This document shows, piece by piece, positions 26,701-35,326 of a DNA stretch of 64,000 nt (position 1 is its first letter; every line of letters starts with the position of its first letter). The notes beneath the pieces are model-generated. The model worked only from the letters and a program-made list of their open reading frames with translations. It ran no database searches and was not told the origin of the DNA. The position numbers and the translations under genes were made by a program. The stretch is from Schizochytrium sp. TIO01 (taxonomy: Eukaryota; Protista; Bigyra: Labyrinthulomycetes), in contig SMSO01000007.1 in assembly GCA_004764695.1 (NCBI GenBank), positions 2,363,270 to 2,427,269 on the forward strand. The letters run 5' to 3'.

Positions 26701-27291
26701 TGCATTTCGATCACCAAGAACATGTAGTCTTAGACTGTCCTCTTCGTAGATGTCGAATATGTTTGGCCCCGGATCATTTACTGTAGTTCTTTCTTGAAGA
26801 ATCCAATGTTCCTCGATAGGGGTTGCTCGCTTCAAAAAATGGTCCACGTTACCAATAAAATTTGAGCCTAGAACACCAAGTTTTGACCCAGCACCCAAAG
26901 AGCGCATTTCAGAATAAGATACACTAGACCCATTGCCCATGTTTGAAGAAAGTCTTGAACTCGAGCTTGGAAATGTAGAGTGAGTCAGCCCTGACTGACT
27001 ATTCGCACCGGAACTGCTAATCTTACTCAGATTTCCAGTTGCATTTGCACTAGTGCGCCCATTTACATTGTTGGTAATCGCAGGCTCTACCGTAGAGCTG
27101 ATCGTGCCAGAATTTATATGGTTGACTCTTAAGTGAGCTTCCTGGTGTGCATTAATCGAGTTATTACCGAGCTTGTCTTCGTTTGCAGCATCTTCTGTCA
27201 AAGAGTCTGCGGCAAGAACGCCGAGGCTATCGATACTGGTCAAAGGCGGCACCGAAGGGTCATGGCGAGCTCGCTTTCGTGACTCGCTCAT
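23800..27291 (-). CDS. Transposon-derived protein: degenerate piggyBac-like core with an embedded YqaJ-like nuclease domain, polyQ and a piggyBac-type C-terminal Cys-rich zinc domain
   Basis: 3.5-kb intact ORF. GLLVSHSYPYLGSTPD is the YqaJ motif. CVVCGGQATSVCSLCKVPLH...CFMRWH is the piggyBac-type Cys-rich domain. EMMQFIYIYLG...SSKARIIELLNAVEF and KQGNLMCLYDAT resemble piggyBac blocks. First ATG at 27291. Confidence 0.7.
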   Translation of the reverse strand: MSESRKRARHDPSVPPLTSIDSLGVLAADSLTEDAANEDKLGNNSINAHQEAHLRVNHINSGTISSTVEPAITNNVNGRTSANATGNLSKISSSGANSQSGLTHSTFPSSSSRLSSNMGNGSSVSYSEMRSLGAGSKLGVLGSNFIGNVDHFLKRATPIEEHWILQERTTVNDPGPNIFDIYEEDSLRLHVLGDRNAKHIDAVRINLASILSSSQHPNILGSIPEPSLLLSQHHQHEPEFDFGSRTPGSIFEVLIAGSIGVLQDLVNHKLRQDRKRQCLRNEMMQFIYIYLGIKLLGFPIDTSFDMLAKLTNDSQLLSSKARIIELLNAVEFPYWSSNASECEALVHQFSKQAFQIIRKITSTEFGSYGLLRAKQGNLMCLYDATLQAVVSVYPCSSQSQLGLSAPPPPSSLEKGLPQTEYGKEEAVLAGHVLLQSFEPKMGSLLIFSESLTRDLWQSWIFGHVSTLAKLSKHTPVLPSPSVSTEYSGVQLHRCQRHYRSWDTQDSAPICLSAYQVANSVEPSAWYIDQGVEMIDSGHSDHLALRFQKLRPLEAAAHLFATASDHSNYSRQTVATTIERDLRRSVAPITVISGYLDWQVLRQYLVNETVSRKLILHDKHSQQFVTNTIREGRNNVDVHLAAGLLVNDWLHGMNMNNRRSEITHTRELLKRKPWCRGVFQTGLLVSHSYPYLGSTPDLVALVAHPQAPSDEGELAPVCITRNRLGTDKQRSATPNELIADHVGSTSWWSYIPEDCRTTLLHQATVLDTDYALFIQYDEIDVFRAVIVNISKDAKQAFLGAVHPFADLCKWAIDSKPGSTPAVPVELRSSSNSLLRNFRLWRALNDKILFWDRGQPLMPVSSFASLAQCCYEGAEQSSEEVLKSLDALSATMSSTEGDLRVVSVLQALVVTVQALSMHTNSHTGSPLPTSSQRRQFALDLVVAQLRAATGTHASGAIYSGSSVHQHAFGHHHQHHAQSQSHTTIQTRGQAQRQQPPPQQQQQQQQQQQQQLQVPGQEHDQGQHEQDEQDQTRSQNLSFTIDPDDDLDKLSEQQLQKIALSEAEEIMNKAPKRGKARRSFFNRPAIRAIRRNRGLPHDIKKIGFTETNGVARPKMKTCVVCGGQATSVCSLCKVPLHKVFRDQEEQQSCFMRWHSSYNVSLQKNGT

Positions 27292-28625
27292 GGGGAAACG
27301 GTACAACGCGAGTAGCTTAGACTCTTACTGTTCGCAGCGCCCTTGGACAGTTCTTTGGTCGAGGCACAAGTGGATGAACTTCAGACAGTTGATCAACTGG
27401 TCAGCAAAATATGAAAGTGAATTGAACGAGACTGAAAAGTAACCGGAGCGCGCAAGTGCAGGACTGGTACCTAGAGCCAGGAACTGCTACGACTTGATTG
27501 CACTTTGCTGTTGTATAATATTGCTGCTGACTTTCAACATGGCAAGACTCACTCTACTTAGAACTCATTTTCAACTTTGTATGCAAATGGCTCGACTGTC
27601 TTTTCTAATAAGTCTCCCAGCAACTTGCTACCTAGGTGGTACTAGTAGAGCCTATGCATTAGTTAGCCGAAAGTAGGGCAGCTGGCCCCTGTATTTGTGC
27701 TTGAAAATGGCGTTCCTGCTAAGACGCATGCTCGTTTCAATTTATTCAATCAACGTAGCTACATTTTCCAGGATAAGCGATTGATACTAGCTAGCTTCAC
27801 ATATGGATGAAGAGCAAAGCCTTGAACACATCACGCAATCGATGAGAATCCCAACAAGTTGCTAGTCCTTATTTCTTTGAAGTATCTCAGGCTGCCGTGC
27901 AACCAGAACTCAAGAGGGAAAATGTAGAAACTCGAATAGCAGAAGATTTATACAAATGAGATAGTTTCGAGAAGATTATGACCAAACTGCACAGAGTGTT
28001 TATTGCAAGAGGTTATGTAGTATTCAATAATTTTTGTGAAATCTAAAATTAATAGATTATGCGTTATTCTCCAGTTTCCACGTACATGCGAAATCTAGTT
28101 TTGCGAATTAGCAAACAGCAAGCTGCTGCTGTGATTTCATTTCGCACAAGTACCAAACATTCTATCGTTCTACTAAGTTTTGTTAACTTTCATTACTTTT
28201 CTTGTAGATTTGTAGGTTATGCATGAAGCTGCATTTTGACAAGAAACAAGAAGAAATAATAGATATAGCTAAGATTTAAACATTTAGAAAATGCGCGATT
28301 CATTCAGCCTCTTGCAAGCTTGAGGTATATCGAAATGCAAAATTTGTGCAAGAGCGTAATCCCAACTTCAACTACTTAATGAAATAGTACCTACTCCTAA
28401 CTGCTAACTACTTACTGTAGATACATCTATTTTTATGAACAAACTCTAAATGGGCACTGATGGGAGGAAGCGGATAGGGTTCATTGCGAAGCAACGCTTC
28501 GCACGGACTTACCATTTAAAGCCATTTCTGCAAGAATATAGGTGTTGCAACCCTTGTTGCTGTTGTTCTCTAAACGCGAGTGCGTGAGTGGCCCAAGGTT
28601 AAAAAAAAAAAGACTCACACTCATC

Positions 28626-31550
28626 ATGGCAACTTCTGGAGCATCTCCAAATATTAGACCTCCAGAACTTCGCGAAAGCGCTTATGAAGAAAGTCGGCGA
28701 GAGCGCGAAGGGTATCGCCGGCGATTCCAGGATGAAGACACCCCAGCAGAGTTTCGCTACAAGTTTCTTGACCAAAAATTGGCGGTTCGCATGCTGCTGA
28801 GGACTCGGAGGAGACGCATACTTGTGCTGGAGTGCGCTGCTTATACAATATTAGTGGGCTTTTACTGCATTTATCTCTTTGCGTTCATGTCGCTTCCAGA
28901 CTCGTACTTGTATAAACGTCTCTTTGCACAGACACTTGCGACTAAGCCGTTTAACTTTGAAAGAGTCTTTTACCGATACTCTCCCGGTGGTGGCGAAACT
29001 CCTTCGGAACAGTGCACCCTGCCGCTTAAAAGTGCGAGCGACGTCTTCACAAGTAGCACTGCACAGAACAATTCAATTCCTTGTCTCCAAGGAATTCAGT
29101 CGCTTACATTTGCAGAGATTCAAGATGTGGACCATACATATAGCTGGCTGCAGTTCGTTCTACTTCGATCACCCCTTTTTGTGGGTGGTGAAGACCGATC
29201 TCAAGTTTTTGTCACTATGACAGCTTCTTTAGAGGGCCAAAGCGAAGACGATAGTCGTACGACACTAATAATGCCTGACAACTCGTTTATTCCGGTAGGC
29301 GCGGTTCGCCTGCGACAACTTCGCGTAAAACGGGCCCCATGCTCCAATGATACAGTATTCGAAGGCCAGACTTGTAATTTACCATTCAGCGAAGCAAATT
29401 TGAACACATCCGATATAGTGGGTACCTCCTCAGGCCGACTGTATTCCTTCCAAAGTGCGGATGACTTGGCTAAGGCAAGCTTTTCAGCTTCAAACATTGC
29501 GAGCGAGGTCAACCTCGACTCTGGAAAGCTTAATGCGCCAGACACATATCAAGGCATTCTGGAGAATTACCCTGGCTCCGGGTACGTGATTGATATTGAG
29601 GGTGGAAATGGAACAATAGCAACCGAAACATTTGAACAACTGCAAATGGACCGCTGGATCGACGAAAGTACAGTTGCTTTATTTGTTTCGTTTACGGCTT
29701 ATGCTGTCAATTTAGATACTTACATACACCAAACATTTCTTGTAGAGCTGAGTTCATATGGCCTTACTGCTACAAGCATGGAGACACGCCCGTTCAAACT
29801 ACTAATTTCTCAAGATGGTGCATGGGCTTTGGAGATCTTATTGATGACTCTTTCAAGTGTGTTATTGGTTTTAATATTTTATTATCACTTTTGGCCTGCT
29901 TTGCAAACATCTCGATCGATCACAAGCTTACTTCTCGGGTGGGATATGTATGATGTTTTCAACTTATCTATGGTGATTGCGTCAGTAGCTGTACGAATGA
30001 CTCTACGAACATCTAGCACGGCACAGCTTGCAACAAAAGAGGCAACACTTGTCTCCCTGATGACAGAAAATCGTCGTGTTTACCCTGCAGTGTATGAGAG
30101 TTATTCACGAGTATTAGTTAAAGCGCAAATGCTGGCTGGGTGGTCTCTCGTCATTTGCTTTCTCAAGTACTTTAAGTACGTGGACATGAATAAGCGGTTC
30201 AGCATTGCACTTGCAAGTCTTGTGGAAAGTCGAACTCGGTTGGCTGGTTGGCTTGTATTTACTGTGATTGTAATTCTTGGCTTGACATTCTTTTGCATGT
30301 TTGCTTATGGATTTTATTCATTACGATTTGCAGAATTTTCTGAGTCTTTGACTAGTTTGCTTCTCTTTATGGTGCAAATTTTTGGGGAGGGATTTGACCA
30401 TCTTTCTGGAAGCGATGCTGCTACCTCATCAAGTTGGAGTTCCTTGAGCTTTGTTGCTTTACGCTATGGAACTACAGGGCTGCCGATGAGTCTTTCTGCG
30501 TTTGAGGTAGTGGACAAATCGTATTCAATTCCTCTTGCACAGAGCCTATTTTTTTCAATTTTACTTGTGGTTGTAGTGATCATTCTTGTGGCTAATATGT
30601 TTCAGGCCATTCTGATTTTAGGCTATCAAACAGTGGCTCACCAGGTTCAAGAAGATGAAAATCTGCGCAAGGAGCAGCGCGAGGTTCTTTTACGTAGTCA
30701 AAGAATGTTAAATCAGAGTTGGTTAAGACGCCAAGTCAAAGAACTAGGCCGCATGCTACGATTTCGAGAGCATGCTCGGATTATCAACCAATTACAATCA
30801 GCCCCTGAAGCCCGAGCACGTAATCTTCTGTCATACGCAGAGGTTCGACGTCTTGTAGGAGAAATCGTGACCACTGATTCCCAAAGAGCATCAGAAATAG
30901 CCTATGAGCTAATGTCCCTGTATCAGACTACACTGTCTAGGATTGATGATGCTGTAATTTTGTTCCAGGATCGTGCAATTGCCTTACGGGAGGGCCGTTT
31001 GCACGAGAAGTTAGATCCTTCCGAGCTCCCTGTGATAGACCCTTCCCAAGGCTTTGACGCTGCTCAAGCAGAGCTGTGGCGTAGGGATCTCCAGTCCGGT
31101 GAGCTCCTTCAATCAATGCTATTAGTACATAGTTTGCAACTAGAGGCCTCATCAAAGCATTTCAAGAAGGATTTGGATCAAATTCTGCAGGGTGAAAGAG
31201 ACCACCGGGAGCTGTGCATCAATTTAGAGACAGCAATGCACGAACTCCAATCGAAGGAAATTGCGAAAAAGGGTGATATTCGTACATCACAGGACCCATA
31301 TGAAGCTCGGCCTGGATCTATTGTGGAGGTTCGAATTGATGGTTTATTTGATGCTCATTTTGTCAGTCAAGGCGGACACCATACATACCTGGGTTGTTAC
31401 CCTACACGTAGTGCTGCACAAGGTGCCATTGAAGACATGGCGGTTCGAGCCACGATGGAAGATGCTCAAACTCTTCGACTTCGTAATGTAAGTCGCGAAT
31501 CTGGTGCTACTTCTCCTCCCGGTTCTATATCATATCATGATGGGGAATAG
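28626..31550 (+). CDS. Polycystin-2 (TRPP/PKD2)-like cation channel (974 aa)
   Basis: TOP-domain motifs GAVRLRQLRV, YPGSGYVIDI and LQMDRWIDESTVALFVSFTAY; six TM helices; FLKYFKY; S6 ILVANMFQAIL. First ATG at 28626. Confidence 0.9.
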   Translation: MATSGASPNIRPPELRESAYEESRREREGYRRRFQDEDTPAEFRYKFLDQKLAVRMLLRTRRRRILVLECAAYTILVGFYCIYLFAFMSLPDSYLYKRLFAQTLATKPFNFERVFYRYSPGGGETPSEQCTLPLKSASDVFTSSTAQNNSIPCLQGIQSLTFAEIQDVDHTYSWLQFVLLRSPLFVGGEDRSQVFVTMTASLEGQSEDDSRTTLIMPDNSFIPVGAVRLRQLRVKRAPCSNDTVFEGQTCNLPFSEANLNTSDIVGTSSGRLYSFQSADDLAKASFSASNIASEVNLDSGKLNAPDTYQGILENYPGSGYVIDIEGGNGTIATETFEQLQMDRWIDESTVALFVSFTAYAVNLDTYIHQTFLVELSSYGLTATSMETRPFKLLISQDGAWALEILLMTLSSVLLVLIFYYHFWPALQTSRSITSLLLGWDMYDVFNLSMVIASVAVRMTLRTSSTAQLATKEATLVSLMTENRRVYPAVYESYSRVLVKAQMLAGWSLVICFLKYFKYVDMNKRFSIALASLVESRTRLAGWLVFTVIVILGLTFFCMFAYGFYSLRFAEFSESLTSLLLFMVQIFGEGFDHLSGSDAATSSSWSSLSFVALRYGTTGLPMSLSAFEVVDKSYSIPLAQSLFFSILLVVVVIILVANMFQAILILGYQTVAHQVQEDENLRKEQREVLLRSQRMLNQSWLRRQVKELGRMLRFREHARIINQLQSAPEARARNLLSYAEVRRLVGEIVTTDSQRASEIAYELMSLYQTTLSRIDDAVILFQDRAIALREGRLHEKLDPSELPVIDPSQGFDAAQAELWRRDLQSGELLQSMLLVHSLQLEASSKHFKKDLDQILQGERDHRELCINLETAMHELQSKEIAKKGDIRTSQDPYEARPGSIVEVRIDGLFDAHFVSQGGHHTYLGCYPTRSAAQGAIEDMAVRATMEDAQTLRLRNVSRESGATSPPGSISYHDGE

Positions 31551-32112
31551 GAGCTGTCAACCTCGAAAACTCATGAGAGCATTTGGGCGTTCAAATTCTG
31601 TGATATTGTAAAATATTGCGCATCATACTGCGACTTTGTAAAGTAATGAAATTTATATGTGCTTTCTGTGTTTATTTTCCACGAGGCTATGCGTATCTTA
31701 CATGTCTTGTGGTACATTCTCTTAGCACTTTCACTTATTCCAATTTTTATGTAATATTTTAAATGAAGATTATGTCTATAAATAGACAAAATAGGTGCAG
31801 TGAAAACTTTACTGTTTGTAAGATCTCTTCAACATGGAATTTTAACTAGAGTTAATTTGGTGTAGTAGGATATAGTTTCGAGTTTCCAGAATGAAAGATA
31901 TGGTTTGAAAAATTATTGTACGAAAGGGAGTCGAGTATGTGCATTACACTCGATCAAAAACCAGGCATTGTCCCACTGGATTTTTAGTCTCGGATGGACT
32001 GGAGTGTTAGTTTTGCGGAACTTTGAGATGGGTAATATGGAGTAGGCACGTATGCTTGTATGTGGTTGTAGACAGAGTTTTCCTATTCGGGAGATGACGG
32101 GGAAGCTGAAAT

Positions 32113-34554
32113 TTACTTCTTCTGAGCGGCATCACGACGCTCAATGTTGCGCTCAAACGCCTTACGGAGAGTGTCAGTATCAACCATGAATGCGTAGGAG
32201 TCATTCTCCGGGTTAGCAGCCATCCAGCCGATCTCCTTGGCAAGACCCATGGTAGCATGTCCGCCAACAAAGTGCTTGTCGTACTTCAGGGTGTCAAGCA
32301 CCTGGTCGATTGTCATGGTGTCAGGGACGAAGCAGGGGAGACCAGTGGCACCAACAATCTCGTAGTGCTCGTCGACAACGTTCTCCTTACAAATGCCGAG
32401 GAGGTAGGCGACCTCAGCAGAGACACACATACCGATGGCAACGGCCTCACCATGGAGCAGAGGCTCATTGCCATGATGCCAGGAAAGGTGCTCGATGGCA
32501 TGGGCCGGGGCATGGCCATACTGAGGCACCATCTCGTTGTAGGCGTGCTCAGCGTTATAAGCTGGTCCGAGAGTAGAGACCTTCTTCTCCATGCATTCAA
32601 TAATAAGGCGAAGAAGATAGTCTCCATCGTGGAAGACCTCGGAGCGGTTCTCACCAGCGTCACGAAGAGGGTCGACGATCAACTTTGTGAAGTCAGTGCA
32701 CTGGCACACAGCGTGCTTAAGGGCCTCAGCGATACCATTGAGAATGTGGCGGTCACTGAGAGACTTGAGACAGTCAGGGTCCATGACGAGGTAATCGGCA
32801 GGGTAGTAGCAACCCAAGAGGTTCTTACCAAAGTCCTGGACGTTGAAGGCCTTCTTGAAATCACACGAGGCATCGCACATACCCATGGTGGTGGTCGGGA
32901 TGGTCACGAGCTTGATACCACGATACAAAGTGCCTGCAATCGTACCTGTGATGTTGTCTACAGTACCACCTCCGAGTGAGATGAGACAGGTGTGCTTGGA
33001 CACTCCGGTGGCGAGAATCTGGTCAACGATGCGGTGAAACTGCTCCTTATTTTTGTAAGGTTCAGTAGAGGGCTCACCAGAGTCATCCATGGCTGCAGAA
33101 GGAATGACAATCTTGTCAATGGTGAGCCCAGCGTCGCGGAAGCCCTGAAGGACCTCATCTGCGTAGAGACCGTCTACGATCTCATCAGTGACGAGATAGT
33201 TGTGAGCCTCATGGGAAACCTCAGGGACAATGGTCTTGCCGATGGTGGCAAGGTTCTTGAGGATGCCACGCTGGATGACGATCTCTGTCTCGAGGTATTT
33301 TCCGGGTCTCTCGAATCTGTTACGGAAGCATCCGTTCTCGTCGACTTCACAAGGCGTACGGAATGCCTGCGTTCCGGGATGTCCTCCACGCACACAGTAT
33401 TCGGAGTCCTTGTCGAGATCGAACCAAGGAGGGCTCACGAAGCGAAATCCGCGGTCAAGAGCGTTGATACGCTCCATCTGAGGGTTCGTAAGACGCCAGT
33501 CGAGTACATCGCGGTTGGCGTGAATTCGCTCTGGGTTAAGGCTCTTGGGGATTACAGTGGTGCCACGCTGGATACCCCACCGGAGGAGTACCTGGCCAGG
33601 CGCCTTGCCAACCTCTTCGGCGATCTCAAGAATGGTTTCGTCCTCGAGAAGCGAAGGGTCACCCTTGTTGCGGTAACCGACCTTGCCAAGAGGCGAATAG
33701 GCGATGACGTTCACACCCTCGGTCTGGCAAAGCTCAAGGAGGCTGGGTTGCTGGAGGTAGGGATGCATTTCAACCTCGAGAGCGAGAGGACGGATGTCGC
33801 ACTTCTCGAGAAGAAGCTGCAAGGTGCGAGCACCCATGTTGGAGACACCAAGGTAGCGCACGAGTCCGAGACCGACGAGGCGTTCCATGGCCTCATAAGT
33901 CTCCATGATCTGGTCGATGTCAGTTCCGTCATGAACAACGTCGTACTCAAACTCGCCTCCGAAATCTGGTGAGACCAGCTTGCCTCCCTTAGCCATGCGG
34001 TTAGGCCAATGCATCATGTAACAGTCGAGGTATTCGACTTGGAGGTCCTTCAAAGTGCGACGGCAGGCATCCTCCACGTCTTCCGGCGCGGCATCCCAGC
34101 ACCAAAGCTTGCTACATACAAAAAGGTCATCGCGCTCGACAAGACCTTCATCGAGGGACTCGGAGATGGCCTCGCCAACCTCCTTCTCGTTTCCATACAG
34201 TGCGGCGCAGTCAATCATGCGGTAGCCCTCTCCAATGGCGACCTTGACGGCCTCCTTTACACGGTCACCATCCTTGAACTCGTTGAAGGTACCGAATCCG
34301 AGGAGAGGAACAGCCACTGTAGGTTGTGAGACAGTGGAGCTGGTTCGGGAGCGGGTCTCGATAAGGTCATCGAGGGTGCTGAGAGCGGCAGAGCTATAGT
34401 TGGAGCTCATTTTGGTCTCGCTCTCAGAGCTGCGGAGAGAATCAGTGGTGCGAATGGCATCATCCTTGGAGGTGTTGTCTACAACCTTGGGGGTCAGGAT
34501 AGTGTCTTCCTGCTGCTGCTGGGTCTGCTGCTCGATCTGATTGCTGATGGCCAT
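32113..34554 (-). CDS. Fusion of an aldo-keto reductase and a 2-deoxy-scyllo-inosose synthase-like sugar phosphate cyclase (813 aa); putative quercitol synthase
   Basis: AKR (about 34317-33440): GFGT, IDCAALYGNE, SKLW, MHWP, GVSN, AYSPLG, IPKS. Cyclase (about 33290-32113): GGGTVDNITG, LYRGIKLVTIPTT, DASCDFKKAFN, GKNLLGCYYP, AEALKH, QYGHAPAHAIE, LLHGEAVAIGM, DKH. Confidence 0.9.
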   Translation of the reverse strand: MAISNQIEQQTQQQQEDTILTPKVVDNTSKDDAIRTTDSLRSSESETKMSSNYSSAALSTLDDLIETRSRTSSTVSQPTVAVPLLGFGTFNEFKDGDRVKEAVKVAIGEGYRMIDCAALYGNEKEVGEAISESLDEGLVERDDLFVCSKLWCWDAAPEDVEDACRRTLKDLQVEYLDCYMMHWPNRMAKGGKLVSPDFGGEFEYDVVHDGTDIDQIMETYEAMERLVGLGLVRYLGVSNMGARTLQLLLEKCDIRPLALEVEMHPYLQQPSLLELCQTEGVNVIAYSPLGKVGYRNKGDPSLLEDETILEIAEEVGKAPGQVLLRWGIQRGTTVIPKSLNPERIHANRDVLDWRLTNPQMERINALDRGFRFVSPPWFDLDKDSEYCVRGGHPGTQAFRTPCEVDENGCFRNRFERPGKYLETEIVIQRGILKNLATIGKTIVPEVSHEAHNYLVTDEIVDGLYADEVLQGFRDAGLTIDKIVIPSAAMDDSGEPSTEPYKNKEQFHRIVDQILATGVSKHTCLISLGGGTVDNITGTIAGTLYRGIKLVTIPTTTMGMCDASCDFKKAFNVQDFGKNLLGCYYPADYLVMDPDCLKSLSDRHILNGIAEALKHAVCQCTDFTKLIVDPLRDAGENRSEVFHDGDYLLRLIIECMEKKVSTLGPAYNAEHAYNEMVPQYGHAPAHAIEHLSWHHGNEPLLHGEAVAIGMCVSAEVAYLLGICKENVVDEHYEIVGATGLPCFVPDTMTIDQVLDTLKYDKHFVGGHATMGLAKEIGWMAANPENDSYAFMVDTDTLRKAFERNIERRDAAQKK

Positions 34555-35302
34555 TTTGTATTCTTGTGTTTTCGTTCTACTTGTACAACTACTGCTCTTT
34601 CTACAATAACTTGTTGGTGATTTGTTATCTACAGGAGTTGTGAATTTGCTTTGCTTTCGATTTGTTTGCTCGAGAACTCTTCGAGTTGAGGTTTTGGATT
34701 TGCTGGCTTGGAATTTCGGGTCTGCTGATCTTGAAGGTCTTGCGAATAAACATAAACTTTTGAATTATAAAAGTCCAGCTTCGTTTCTTTCTCAGAACAA
34801 ACAGACAGACGCTAGGAACCTATTAGGACTCGGTAGACTTTACCCTTTCTTTCAAATTTATTTATAATAAAAATGAAGAATAAAATATTTATTACTTTAC
34901 TTCTTCCCATTGTGTGTGAGAGGAGAGGAGAAAATGATTCTGCAAAAGAACAGTTTGTTCGCAGATACGGAGTGACAAATTCTCCTTTGTGATTGCGTGC
35001 CGAGAGAGTCTGTGGGTAGCTAGGTTTGCTCTAGAGGTACCTTCGCGTGCGTATGTTGCGCTCGTCAATCTGAAGTTCTGCAGCTTTACCTATCCAGTGC
35101 GCAGCTTCTTTCTAAGTGACTCATTGTGTTAGCTCTTGTCTCACTAGCCAACTGTCACAGCCATTCTGCATGTTCAAGTTCTTTCCATCACGTTCAATTT
35201 AAAAAAAAATCGTCTGCGCATCATCTTTACTTCCACCATCGTGGAGGGGATCGATGATCTTCGTCCCCCTTCGCTTCCTCTGTAGTCGGAACTTTGAGCA
35301 AG

Positions 35303-35326
35303 TCTCTCTCTCTCTCTCTCTCTCTC
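35303..35326. repeat. (CT)n microsatellite; an extended pyrimidine tract follows at about 35690-35790
   Basis: Seen directly. Confidence 0.9.

Noticed and set aside
23400-27700. Active piggyBac transposon
   Set aside because: No TTAA-bounded terminal inverted repeats were seen and the catalytic residues appear lost.
32113-33290. Calling the cyclase 3-dehydroquinate synthase (aroB) or a mycosporine/gadusol cyclase (DDGS/EEVS)
   Set aside because: It lacks the DHQS GD, GGKT and LNxGHT motifs and the EEVS/DDGS PNLxE motif. No O-methyltransferase, ATP-grasp or MT-Ox gene is nearby. The motifs fit DOIS better.
32257-34329. Long plus-strand ORFs of 240, 326 and 106 aa
   Set aside because: They are antisense shadows of the codon-biased fusion gene and have no protein motifs.
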